Below are positions 37,527 to 47,064 of a stretch of 64,000 nt of DNA, in pieces; position 1 is the first letter of the stretch, and each line of letters opens with the position of its first letter. Below the pieces are notes generated by a model. It was given only the letters and a program-made list of their open reading frames with translations, had not been told where the DNA came from and searched no databases. The translations under genes were made by a program, and so were the position numbers. The stretch spans positions 16,561 to 80,560 of the forward strand of contig CANQWD010000001.1 in the NCBI GenBank assembly GCA_947627465.1. Reading direction: 5' to 3'. The stretch comes from an uncultured Clostridia bacterium (GTDB lineage: Bacteria > Bacillota > Clostridia > Oscillospirales > Ruminococcaceae).

Positions 37527-38156
37527 ATGAAAAAGGTACTTACGGTTTTGGCTTTGAGCATGGGGATCGCGGCTTTCGCGGCTTTTGGAGCGTTCAGGAC
37601 GTTTTCCGCGAACTGCGCTGACGTATACGGAGAGGTCCTGCGGCTGCATATCCCCGCGAACTCCGACAGTGAGGAGGATCAAGCGATAAAACTCAAGCTG
37701 CGCGACAAGCTGCTGAAGGAGTTCGGCAGCGAGCTTTCGGGCAGCGGCGGGCTTGAGGACGCCGAAGCGCGCACCGCAGAGCTTCTTCCCGAGATAGAAC
37801 GCGCCACAAATGATTTTTTGTGTGAAAACGGCTTTTCCTACGGCGCAAAAGCGGAGCTTGTCGAAACATGGTTCCCGACCCGCGAATATGACAGACTTAT
37901 TCTACCCGCGGGAGAGTACAAGGCTCTGCGTGTGACGTTGGGCAGCGGGGAGGGTCACAACTGGTGGTGCGTTATCTTTCCGCAGCTTTGTTATCCCGCC
38001 GCTTCGGAAGTATCGGAGGACGAGAACGTCGACGAGGTTTCGGAAGTTTCGGAGGACGAAAACGCCGACGAGGTTTTGGAAACATTTGGCAAACCTCAAA
38101 AGGTCACGGTCAAGTTTGCATTGTACGAATGGATAACAAAAATATTCCAAAATTAA
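37527..38156 (+). CDS. spoIIR: Stage II sporulation protein R
   Basis: LRLHIPANSDSEEDQAIKL, FPTREY, LGSGEGHNWWCVIFPQLC. Confidence 0.92.
   Translation: MKKVLTVLALSMGIAAFAAFGAFRTFSANCADVYGEVLRLHIPANSDSEEDQAIKLKLRDKLLKEFGSELSGSGGLEDAEARTAELLPEIERATNDFLCENGFSYGAKAELVETWFPTREYDRLILPAGEYKALRVTLGSGEGHNWWCVIFPQLCYPAASEVSEDENVDEVSEVSEDENADEVLETFGKPQKVTVKFALYEWITKIFQN
38004..38075 (+). repeat. In-frame 36-bp tandem duplication within spoIIR
   Basis: SEVSEDENVDEV / SEVSEDENADEV. Confidence 0.85.
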
Positions 38157-38395
38157 CAAAAAATGGATTTTAAGTGTAACTTGTGAAAATTATGCTGTGC
38201 ATTATCAACAAAATACGCGTGCAAAAATTGAATGAAATTGACAAATTTTTTTAAATACGTCAAAAAGCCCTTTTCATATTCGGAATTTTGTGCTAAAATA
38301 TTAAAAGAGTATTATTTAGTAAATCGGCGGCGATGTGGTTTGTTTTTCGGAATTGTCACCGAGGCGTTGAGCAACAACGCGGAGAGGGGAAGATT

Positions 38396-39139
38396 ATGTC
38401 TCAGTCACAGATAATTGCGGTTACGGCGGGTAAAGGCGGTACGGGTAAATCCACCACCTCGGCGAATGTAGCAACGGGTCTTGCGTCGCTTGGTCACAAG
38501 ACGTTGCTTGTGGAGTTGGACTTCGGCTTGCGCTGTCTGGATATCATTTTGGGTATCAAGGATAAAATAAAGCACGATATCGGAGAATATCTCGAGGGCA
38601 GGATAGACATCAGATCCGCTTGGACAAAGGTTGACAGAGTGGATAATCTTTCGCTGGTCTGCGCTACAAGAAACCCGTTTATTGATATAAATCCCGAAAA
38701 GATCATGGGCGTTTGCGAAGAAATGCGCGATCATTTCGAGTACATAATCATTGACACCGCGGGTATCGGAAGTTCCGTGTTCAGCGTTATCAAGGCGGCG
38801 GATCTTATCCTTATGGTAACTACGCCCGACGCTGTGTGCGTGCGCGACGGTCAGATGCTGTCGGACTTTTTGTATGTAAAGAACTGTATAAATCAGCGTT
38901 TGGTAATTAACAAGGTCAGCCCGAATTTCAAGGGCGAGGATATCCTCTACGATCTGGATGTTGTTATGGATACCGTCGGCATCCCGCTTATCGGCGTTGT
39001 TCCCGAGGACGTGAATATCAAGATATGCGGCTCTAAGGGGCTTGCTCTGCCTCCGTCCTGCGGAGGATATAAGGCTTATTCGTCGATTGCAAGGCGTATC
39101 GAGGGTCAGGATGTTCCCTTGTCCATTAGGATCGATTGA
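38396..39139 (+). CDS. minD: MinD-like P-loop ATPase
   Basis: GKGGTGKST deviant Walker A, ELDFGLRCLD, YIIIDT; adjacent to mgsA. Confidence 0.78.
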   Translation: MSQSQIIAVTAGKGGTGKSTTSANVATGLASLGHKTLLVELDFGLRCLDIILGIKDKIKHDIGEYLEGRIDIRSAWTKVDRVDNLSLVCATRNPFIDINPEKIMGVCEEMRDHFEYIIIDTAGIGSSVFSVIKAADLILMVTTPDAVCVRDGQMLSDFLYVKNCINQRLVINKVSPNFKGEDILYDLDVVMDTVGIPLIGVVPEDVNIKICGSKGLALPPSCGGYKAYSSIARRIEGQDVPLSIRID

Positions 39140-39172
39140 TTTTACGGTACACTACGGGGAGGAATTTTTAAA

Positions 39173-39568
39173 ATGAACATTGCTCTTATCGCTCATGATT
39201 CCAAAAAGGAGCTTATGGTTCAGTTCTGCATTGCGTATTGCGGAATTCTCAGCAGGTATAACATTTGTGCGACCGGTACTACCGGAAAGCTTGTAAGCGA
39301 GGCTACGGGGCTTCATATCCAGCGTTTTATGAGCGGCTCTCAGGGCGGCGATCAGCAGCTTGCTTCCAGCATAAGCTGCAACGAGATCGACTTGCTGCTG
39401 TTTTTCCGCGATCCGCTCAACGCTAAGGCTCACGAGCCGAATGACATCAATATTCTGCGGCTTTGCGACGTTCACAACATTCCCGTCGCAACGAACATAG
39501 CCACTGCCGAGGCGCTTATTCACGCGCTGGAACGCGGCGATCTCGATTGGCGCGAGTATATGCGGTAG
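39173..39568 (+). CDS. mgsA: Methylglyoxal synthase
   Basis: IALIAHDSKK, ATGTTG, GGDQQ, FFRDPL, HEPD, ATNIATAE. Confidence 0.96.
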   Translation: MNIALIAHDSKKELMVQFCIAYCGILSRYNICATGTTGKLVSEATGLHIQRFMSGSQGGDQQLASSISCNEIDLLLFFRDPLNAKAHEPNDINILRLCDVHNIPVATNIATAEALIHALERGDLDWREYMR

Positions 39569-39695
39569 TCCGTGTTGGAACGCGGCGGTTTTGGTCGGTG
39601 CGATATTGCGGGAGACTTTGCGTTTGTTTTATCTGAATGCGATGCGGCGCGTCCTTTTTAGGCGCGCTTTTCTTTTGGTATAGCGGTTTGATCGT

Positions 39696-40493
39696 TTGGG
39701 GGTGAGGGCTGTGCTTGTGACTTGTGACGGGATCGTCGTCGGGCGGCGTGATATCGGCGAAAACAGTTGTTTTATCGATATCCTCACCGACGAGTTGGGC
39801 GTCGTTGAAGCGACGGCTCACGGCGCAAGCAAAATAAACAGCAGTCTTTTATCAAGCGCGGCGTTGTTTTCCTATTCTACTTTTTGCTTGAATAAGAACA
39901 AGCTGCGGTACACGATAAATTCGGCGAAGCCCAGGTTTTCTTTTCACGAGATTGGCGCGGATATTGAAAAACTCGCGCTGGCTTCGTATTTCGCACAGGC
40001 GGTGAAGTTCTGCACGCCGTCCGAGCAGGAACAGATCGGGGAGGGGCGGGACAGCCTTGTCAGATTTTTTGCGATCGCGCTTTATGAAACGCTTCACGCG
40101 GGGGAGACGCGTTCGCTTGAAGCGGTAAAAGCGGCGTTTGAACTGCGGTACAGCGTGATACTCGGCTTTGCGCCGAATTTGGTGGCGTGCCACAACTGCG
40201 GACATTATGAATGCGGGCGCGGAATGTATTTCCTTACCCGCAAATCGAAGCTCGTCTGCGCGGACTGTCTTAATCCCGAATTTGAGGGCGAACGCGTTTT
40301 GCTGCTTCCCGAAACGCTGTTCGCTATGCGAAGCGTCGTGTTTTCGCCGCTTGAAAGGTGCTTTAAATTCAGCGTAAGCGCAAACGCGGAGAAACAGCTC
40401 GCCGAAATTGCCGAGGACTGCTTTTTATACAGAACCGAGCGCTCGTTCACCGCGCTTAAATACTACAAAGATTTGACGAAAGGGGAGATTTGA
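39696..40493 (+). CDS. recO: DNA repair protein RecO
   Basis: OB-fold N-terminus (DIGENSCFIDILTDELG), CxxC...CxxC zinc motif. Confidence 0.82.
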   Translation: MGVRAVLVTCDGIVVGRRDIGENSCFIDILTDELGVVEATAHGASKINSSLLSSAALFSYSTFCLNKNKLRYTINSAKPRFSFHEIGADIEKLALASYFAQAVKFCTPSEQEQIGEGRDSLVRFFAIALYETLHAGETRSLEAVKAAFELRYSVILGFAPNLVACHNCGHYECGRGMYFLTRKSKLVCADCLNPEFEGERVLLLPETLFAMRSVVFSPLERCFKFSVSANAEKQLAEIAEDCFLYRTERSFTALKYYKDLTKGEI

Positions 40494-41128
40494 TGAATAT
40501 TCCAAATCCAAACACGATTTTTCCCGCGCCGAACAGCGACGCGGTAACTTACATAAAGCCTACCGTAACAAATCCCAACATCATCGTCGGCGATTTTACG
40601 TATTTCAGCGACCGTGATTTTGAAGCACACGTTACGCACCACTACGATTTTTACGGCGATAAGCTTATTATAGGAAAATTCTGCCAGATAGCGGCTGGCG
40701 TGGAGTTCGTAATGAACGGCGCCAATCATCAGATGAATGCCGTTTCGACGTTTCCGTTCTACATATTCGAGGGTTGGAACGAGGACGTGCCGCCGCTTTC
40801 CGAACTGCCAAACAAGGGCGATACCGTTGTGGGAAACGATGTGTGGATAGGGCAGAACGTCACGATACTTCCGGGCGTTCACATCGGCGACGGCGCGATA
40901 ATCGGCTTGAACAGCGTTGTAGCGGGCGATATCGAGCCGTATACGATTGCGGCGGGAAATCCCGCGCGTATGATAAGGCGGCGTTTTGACGAGGAACTTG
41001 CCGCGCTTCTTTTGGAGCTTCGTTGGTGGGACAAAGAAGTTTCCGAGATAAACGAACTGATACCGATTCTGACTTCAAGCGACCTCGAACGCGTAAAGCG
41101 TGAAATAAGGAGCATACTTTATGGATAA
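40490..41128 (+). CDS. Vat-family (streptogramin A type) xenobiotic O-acetyltransferase
   Basis: PNIIVGDFTY, LIIGKFCQIA, NGANH, GNDVWIG hexapeptide-repeat motifs. Confidence 0.85.
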   Translation: MMNIPNPNTIFPAPNSDAVTYIKPTVTNPNIIVGDFTYFSDRDFEAHVTHHYDFYGDKLIIGKFCQIAAGVEFVMNGANHQMNAVSTFPFYIFEGWNEDVPPLSELPNKGDTVVGNDVWIGQNVTILPGVHIGDGAIIGLNSVVAGDIEPYTIAAGNPARMIRRRFDEELAALLLELRWWDKEVSEINELIPILTSSDLERVKREIRSILYG

Positions 41129-41786
41129 AACGCAAGCGATTTTCCGCAGTCGAAAGCCCGTTTTACAAAAGCTTGGGGAATACGGCTTTGCAAAACGCGG
41201 GAAGTCTTATGAGCTTACGAAAGTCCTGCCGTCAAGCGGATTTTTGCTAAAATGTAAGGTAACGGGCGGCGGAAAAATTTCCGCGAAAGTTATCGAGCCG
41301 GAAGTAGGCGAGTACACATTGCATTTGACGAACAGCGCGGGCAGCTTTGTCGGGAGCGTTCGCGAGGAATACGAACAGGCTCTGAACGATATCGCTGACA
41401 ATTGTTTTGTGCCCGACGTGTTCAAGGCGGCTCAGACCTTGCGGCTTATTGAGTATGTCCGCGAAAAGTACGGTCGGGAGTTGGAATTTTTGTGGGACAA
41501 ATTCGAGGGAAACGCGGTGTGGCGGCGCGGTGACACAAACAAGTGGTTCGCGGCGGTGCTTACCGTTTCGCGGCGCAAGTTGGGTTTGAATTCGGACGAG
41601 GTTGTTGAGGTGATCGACTTGCGCTTACCGCCCGAGGAGATGGCGGCTCTCGTTGACGGAGTGCGTTTTTTCGGCGGCTGGCACATGAACAAGAAGCACT
41701 GGTTTACGATAATTCTCGACGGCTCGGTCGAGTTTGAGGAAATTTGTCGCAGAATTGACGTTAGTTACACGCTTGCGGTAAAATAG
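41121..41786 (+). CDS. MmcQ/YjbR-family protein with an N-terminal extension
   Basis: C-terminal WHMNKKHWFTIILDG motif. Confidence 0.82.
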   Translation: MDKTQAIFRSRKPVLQKLGEYGFAKRGKSYELTKVLPSSGFLLKCKVTGGGKISAKVIEPEVGEYTLHLTNSAGSFVGSVREEYEQALNDIADNCFVPDVFKAAQTLRLIEYVREKYGRELEFLWDKFEGNAVWRRGDTNKWFAAVLTVSRRKLGLNSDEVVEVIDLRLPPEEMAALVDGVRFFGGWHMNKKHWFTIILDGSVEFEEICRRIDVSYTLAVK

Positions 41787-41794
41787 GAGCGCTT

Positions 41795-42130
41795 ATGAAA
41801 CTTACTTTAAATAACGATGATGACATTCGCGTTCAAGACGGTAAAATCGTTGCCATATTTGAGAACAAGGAGTACTCATTCGCCAAAGATGAGATAGAAG
41901 CCGCGATGATAATTACCACGGATAAAGGACCGTTCTGCGATGATATGTGTTTGGCAATACGTATTGACGCGGAAACCGCGATATTTATGATGTCGGAGCA
42001 TCCGAGGTGTTCCGGGTTTCTGTTCGACGAGCTGAAAACTCTTATCGAGCTTGATTACAATAAGGTTATCGAGGCTTCCGCCTGCACGGAAAACAACATT
42101 TTTATTTTATACAAGCGCGGCGGCGTGTAA
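41795..42130 (+). CDS. Hypothetical protein
   Basis: AGGAG RBS; operon spacing; GPFCDD motif; no family recognised with confidence. Confidence 0.65.
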   Translation: MKLTLNNDDDIRVQDGKIVAIFENKEYSFAKDEIEAAMIITTDKGPFCDDMCLAIRIDAETAIFMMSEHPRCSGFLFDELKTLIELDYNKVIEASACTENNIFILYKRGGV

Positions 42131-42142
42131 CGGGAGGGCGTT

Positions 42143-42820
42143 ATGGATAACAAGCCGGATTATTTTTTCGAAAAATACTGCGCTCAATGCTATGAGGTAT
42201 TGGATTGGCGCTTCAAAAACGGTGTATGTCCCGTTTGCGGACAAAAAACGTCCGCGCTTAACATAAATCAACGGCTTAAATTTGATAAGTCCATAGAAAA
42301 AAAGGACAGGTGCGCTCTGATAAAGGCGGCGGCAATGATGGGTATCGCAAGTTTGCTTCAGCTTGCGTACTCGATAATCGCGCTGCTGGCGTTTACGGGA
42401 GTGATAGGCGGTTCGCTCGGCGAACTTGCCGCTTCTCTGCCGGAGGGTTTTGAGGGTTTAAACACTGCGCTTTCGGCGGCGTTTATACTTCTTTCGGCAG
42501 CGGGCGCGGCGTTAAGCGCGGGAATACTTGCCGACGCTGACCGCTCGGTCTCGCTCTCAATGCGCTTTCTGGAAAAAATCGCGCCGGCGGTGGTTATATC
42601 GCTTAATTTGGCGAGTCTGGGATTGTATATCGGCACATATTTTTATCTTGATAAACTTCACAAATGTTTGGGCTGCGACAAGCTGCAATTAGCCCGTCAA
42701 ATCAACGTTTACAACGCGAAGAACCCGTTAGGCTCGGAGAATACTTGGTGCTGCAAATACTGCGGATATATCAACAGCAAGCGCGATAATGAGTGCAAGT
42801 CCTGCGGAAAAAATAAATGA
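42143..42820 (+). CDS. Hypothetical membrane protein with zinc ribbons at both termini
   Basis: CAQC..CPVC at the N-terminus, 3-4 TM helices, W-C-CKYC..N..CKSC (RanBP2-like) at the C-terminus. Confidence 0.7.
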   Translation: MDNKPDYFFEKYCAQCYEVLDWRFKNGVCPVCGQKTSALNINQRLKFDKSIEKKDRCALIKAAAMMGIASLLQLAYSIIALLAFTGVIGGSLGELAASLPEGFEGLNTALSAAFILLSAAGAALSAGILADADRSVSLSMRFLEKIAPAVVISLNLASLGLYIGTYFYLDKLHKCLGCDKLQLARQINVYNAKNPLGSENTWCCKYCGYINSKRDNECKSCGKNK

Positions 42821-42828
42821 GGTAACTT

Positions 42829-45210
42829 ATGAACAAATACTACAAAAAACTTGAATTGGATAAGATATTGGAGCTTTTCGCGGAGCAGACGGTGAGCGAC
42901 GGTGCGCGTGAAGCCGCTTTAAAGCTGAAACCGCAAACGGATTTCGATACGATAACGCGCGAACTTCAAAAAACCGACGACGCGTTTACGCTGTCGGCGA
43001 AATTCGGCACGCCCTCTTTTCGGAAGATAAAGGATGTTTCGGGAAGCCTTAAACGCGCCGAGACCGGCTCTATGCTGTCGTTTCGGGAACTTTTGGACGT
43101 TGCGGCGGTACTGCGCGAAACGGCGGCGCTTTGCGATTGGTATTCTCAGTGCGAGAATATGGAAAACTCCCTTGCGGGGTATTTCGGAGGGCTTGTTCCC
43201 GTAAAGCCATTGGAAAAGCGCATTTCGGAGAGCATTATCTCCGAGGAGGAGATGTCGGACGCGGCTTCTCCCGAACTTGCTTCAATTCGCAGAAGAATTG
43301 CGCGGCAAGGGCAGAATATCCGCGAAAAATTGGACGGCATGATAAAAAACAAGACCACGCGCGGATATCTTCAGGAAGCTATCGTGACAATGCGCGACGG
43401 GCGGTATGTCGTTCCCGTAAAAAGCGAACACAAGGGCGACGTTTCGGGTTTGGTGCACGACACGTCCGCAACGGGGCAGACGTTCTTTATAGAGCCTATG
43501 GAGGTCGTTGAAGCCAACAACGAGATACGCGTTCTGCAAAGCCGCGAACAAGCCGAGATAGAACGCATTACACGCGAGCTGTCCGCGCAGGTCGGCGAGA
43601 ACGCCGAGGCAATTCAAGAGAATTTTAAGCTGTCTCAAATTCTCGAACTTTATTTTGCGAAAGCAAACCTCGGCGCGAAGATGAAAGCGGTCTCCGCGAA
43701 AGTCGTGAACGAGCCTAAAGTGATCTTAAACAACGCAAAGCACCCGCTTCTCGACCGCGATATTGCCGTGCCGATTTCCGTGCAAATAGGCGAAAAATAC
43801 GATTGTCTTATCATCACCGGACCGAATACGGGCGGTAAGACTGTCGCTATCAAGACCGTGGGACTTCTGACGCTTATGACGCAATGCGGACTGATGATAC
43901 CCGCGGGCGACGGCTCCGTGATCGGCTGTTTTGAGCGTATTTACGTTGATATCGGCGACGAGCAGTCAATTGAACAAAGTCTATCGACGTTTTCTTCGCA
44001 CATGACGAACGTTATTAAAATAATTAACTCGGCGGACGAAAACTCCCTGGTCTTAATAGACGAACTCGGCAGCGGCACCGATCCTGTTGAGGGCGCGGCG
44101 CTTGCTGTGTCTATTCTTACGCAATTGAAAAGCTACCGCGCTAAAGTTCTGGCGACAACTCACTATCAAGAGGTAAAGATGTTCGCGCTTGAAACGGACG
44201 GCGTGGAAAACGCGTCCTGCGAGTTCGACGTGGAGACGTTAAAGCCGACTTACCGCTTGATAGTCGGCGTGCCCGGTAAATCCAACGCGTTCGCTATAAC
44301 AAAGCGGCTCGGTATGGACGATTATGTAATAAAACGCGCGGAGGAACTCGTAAGCACCGAAAACCGCCGCTTTGAGCAGGTGATAGACCAATTGGAGCAG
44401 TCGCGAAAAGAGCTTGAAGAGCTGAAGATCAGCGTAGAAAAATCCGAGAGAAACGCAAAACTCACCGAAAGCGAACTAAAGCAAAAGCTGACGGAACTTG
44501 AAGCTCAAAAGGAAAAGGAGCTTGAAAACGCGCGGCAAAGGGCGATGTCGATAATCGAGCAGACCAGAGCGCAGTCCAATCTTTTACTTAACGAGTTGGA
44601 AGAATTAAAGAAAGTTAAGGACAAAGAAGCGCTGCGGAAAGGTTTATCGGACGCTAAATCCAAGGTCGGCGGACGGCTCAATAAAATGCAGGACGAAGCC
44701 AATCCCGTTATCGAGCGCAAAGCGGAAAACTATGTGCCGCCGCGCCCGTGGAAACAAGGCGATACCGTAAAACTCGCCGATACGGGCAGAGAGGGCACGC
44801 TTATCACTTTGCCGAACGTCAAGGGCGAGTGCCGTGTTTCGGTCGGTTCTATGACGGTAAAAACCAACGCGAAAAATCTGCGGTTGGTCGAAAAAGCGCC
44901 GCAAAAAAAGCAGCCAAGCTCCGCGGGAAAAATAAAGAAGTCGCTCACTTCAAACGCGGCGCGGCGCGGCGGTATGGAACTCGATATCCGCGGCTGTATG
45001 GGAGACGAGGGCGTTATGCAGATGGAAATGTTCCTTGACGGCGCTATTCTTTCGGGATTAAATCAAGTGGTAATTATTCACGGCAAGGGAACGGGCGCTT
45101 TAAGAGAAGCAGTTCACGCGGCTTTGAAGCGTAATCCGCGCGTGAAAAGTTTCAGGCTCGGCGCTTATGGCGAGGGCGAGGCTGGAGTTACCGTTGTGGA
45201 GCTGCAATAA
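42829..45210 (+). CDS. mutS2: MutS2 endonuclease / ribosome-collision factor with a C-terminal Smr domain
   Basis: ITGPNTGGKT, QSLSTFSSHM, DELGSGTDP, ATTHY; IHGKGTG Smr motif. Confidence 0.96.
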   Translation: MNKYYKKLELDKILELFAEQTVSDGAREAALKLKPQTDFDTITRELQKTDDAFTLSAKFGTPSFRKIKDVSGSLKRAETGSMLSFRELLDVAAVLRETAALCDWYSQCENMENSLAGYFGGLVPVKPLEKRISESIISEEEMSDAASPELASIRRRIARQGQNIREKLDGMIKNKTTRGYLQEAIVTMRDGRYVVPVKSEHKGDVSGLVHDTSATGQTFFIEPMEVVEANNEIRVLQSREQAEIERITRELSAQVGENAEAIQENFKLSQILELYFAKANLGAKMKAVSAKVVNEPKVILNNAKHPLLDRDIAVPISVQIGEKYDCLIITGPNTGGKTVAIKTVGLLTLMTQCGLMIPAGDGSVIGCFERIYVDIGDEQSIEQSLSTFSSHMTNVIKIINSADENSLVLIDELGSGTDPVEGAALAVSILTQLKSYRAKVLATTHYQEVKMFALETDGVENASCEFDVETLKPTYRLIVGVPGKSNAFAITKRLGMDDYVIKRAEELVSTENRRFEQVIDQLEQSRKELEELKISVEKSERNAKLTESELKQKLTELEAQKEKELENARQRAMSIIEQTRAQSNLLLNELEELKKVKDKEALRKGLSDAKSKVGGRLNKMQDEANPVIERKAENYVPPRPWKQGDTVKLADTGREGTLITLPNVKGECRVSVGSMTVKTNAKNLRLVEKAPQKKQPSSAGKIKKSLTSNAARRGGMELDIRGCMGDEGVMQMEMFLDGAILSGLNQVVIIHGKGTGALREAVHAALKRNPRVKSFRLGAYGEGEAGVTVVELQ

Positions 45211-45290
45211 TTATCGACGCCTCGCCCGAAACAGCGCCGAAAAAGTCCCGTGTTTATTTTGGCGCAGGCGGGAAAAACTGTTTTTTTGCC

Positions 45291-45319
45291 TTGACAAAAT
45301 TATGAAAATGTGGTAAAAT
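45291..45319 (+). promoter_or_regulatory. Sigma-A promoter of the HD-GYP/hemerythrin pair
   Basis: TTGACA, 17 bp, TG-extended TAAAAT. Confidence 0.75.
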
Positions 45320-45370
45320 AGTTATAGATATAATTTTAAACTCTGCGTTTGTTCTTCTAAGGAGTTAAAA

Positions 45371-46486
45371 ATGATCATAGTAAATGTTGAAAAACTTCGC
45401 GAGGGCATGCAGCTCGCGGAGGATGTGTGCACCACCACTGCCAAAGAGTATAAGGTTCTGCTGAAAAAGGGAATGTTCCTGTCCTCTCAGATGATTAATG
45501 TGATGAAGGAAAAGGGAATAAAATCCGCGAAAATCGTCAGCGGGGGGCTTGAGGACGCGGAGACGCCCGTGAATTTGTCGTCAGCCGCTGCGGCGGAGAA
45601 ACAGCGCAACGAGCGAATTTCCCGCGCCCTCACCGACTTGGACGAGATATTCGATTGCAACGAGGAGATCAAGGAACTGTCGCATACGGCAGTGCAAAAG
45701 GTGGACAACATCGCCAATGATATCATTTACGATATTGCAAGCGACACATCGTTTCTCGGAAATCAAATGATCGCTTTGCAGAACTACGACGATTACACTT
45801 ATAAGCACTGCCTGCGCGTTTCTATGATGGCGGCTTCGGTAAGCGCCGAATTGGGGCTTTCCGAAGACGAAACGAAGGAAGTCGTTGTTTCGGGTCTTCT
45901 TCACGATATCGGCAAATCCAATATCGACCACGACATCATCATAAAGCCGGGCAAACTTACGGACGAAGAATTTGCCGAGATAAAGCGGCATCCCGTTATC
46001 GGCTACAATATCCTGAAAAACAGCGGCGAATATAACTCCAACATAATGTCGGGAGTGCTGTTTCATCAGGAAAAGTACGACGGTTCGGGGTATCCTACGG
46101 GTATCGCGGGCGAGGAAATACCGCTTATCGCGCGTATTTTGACAGTCTGCGATGTGTTTGACGCTCTTACCTCCAACCGACCATACAGAACACCGTGGTC
46201 GGTTGCCGAAACGGAGGAATACATACTCGGAGCGTGCGACCAGCACTTTGACTATGAGGTGACTAAGGCGTTTCTCCGCGCGTTCAACCCTTACCCGATC
46301 GGCACTATGGTGCAGCTTTCGGATAAACGCCACGGCGTGGTCATTCGTCACAACGAGAACGTTTTGCGGCCCGTTGTGCGGATCATGGGCAAGTTCGCGG
46401 GGGAGGAGCTTGATTTGATGAACGACTTCCGATTTCTCACGACTTCGATCACGGGACTTTACAACGGCGACGATTTTACACAATAA
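45371..46486 (+). CDS. HD-GYP domain cyclic-dinucleotide phosphodiesterase
   Basis: HCLRV, LHDIGK, HQEKYDGSGYP, CDVFDAL..RPYR. Confidence 0.9.
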   Translation: MIIVNVEKLREGMQLAEDVCTTTAKEYKVLLKKGMFLSSQMINVMKEKGIKSAKIVSGGLEDAETPVNLSSAAAAEKQRNERISRALTDLDEIFDCNEEIKELSHTAVQKVDNIANDIIYDIASDTSFLGNQMIALQNYDDYTYKHCLRVSMMAASVSAELGLSEDETKEVVVSGLLHDIGKSNIDHDIIIKPGKLTDEEFAEIKRHPVIGYNILKNSGEYNSNIMSGVLFHQEKYDGSGYPTGIAGEEIPLIARILTVCDVFDALTSNRPYRTPWSVAETEEYILGACDQHFDYEVTKAFLRAFNPYPIGTMVQLSDKRHGVVIRHNENVLRPVVRIMGKFAGEELDLMNDFRFLTTSITGLYNGDDFTQ

Positions 46487-46503
46487 CAGAAAGGAAAACA
46501 ATT

Positions 46504-46899
46504 ATGGCGCGATATGAACTTACCTCGAATTTACTTACGGGCAACTCGATAATTGACAGGGAGCACCGAGAGCTTATCGACGCGGTGAACAAGCTTTTGG
46601 ACGCGTGCGGCGGAAAAGGCTCGGAGCAGCTTCAAGCAACGGCGAAATTTCTCAACGATTATGTAGACAAGCATTTTTTGCACGAAGAACAGCTTCAGCA
46701 GCAGAGCGGTTATACAAACTATACGGCGCACAAGGCGTTCCACGATAAGTATAAGCAGACTTTGCGCGAGATAACCGCGAATTTTTCGGACTCGCCCTCT
46801 TTCGCGGATACGGCGAAGCTTAACGGTCACATAGGGGTGCTTATCACTCATATCAAGACCGAGGACAGGCGGCTCGGAGAGTTCCTTAATAAAAAATGA
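46504..46899 (+). CDS. Bacteriohemerythrin
   Basis: IDREHRELI, HFLHEE, HKAFH, HIKTED iron-ligand pattern. Confidence 0.9.
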   Translation: MARYELTSNLLTGNSIIDREHRELIDAVNKLLDACGGKGSEQLQATAKFLNDYVDKHFLHEEQLQQQSGYTNYTAHKAFHDKYKQTLREITANFSDSPSFADTAKLNGHIGVLITHIKTEDRRLGEFLNKK

Positions 46900-46926
46900 C
46901 GAAAATCCCCCGTTAATTGGGGGATT

Positions 46927-47055
46927 CAGTCTGTAGAAAAGTGTATTTTCAAACTGTTGAGAAATCCTCAGATACGAGGAAACTGCTCCGCGGCTAGCCT
47001 TTATGGCTGCCGCGAGGGCGGCTGACGAAGTAGATGAGGGTTTATCGACAGTCTG
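46927..47055. mobile_element. 129-bp MITE-like insertion flanked by a 23-bp duplicated terminator hairpin
   Basis: Imperfect inverted ends CAGTCTGTAGAAAA / TTTATCGACAGTCTG; flanks AATCCCCCGTTAATYGGGGGATT at 46904-26 and 47056-78. Confidence 0.75.
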
Positions 47056-47064
47056 AATCCCCCG

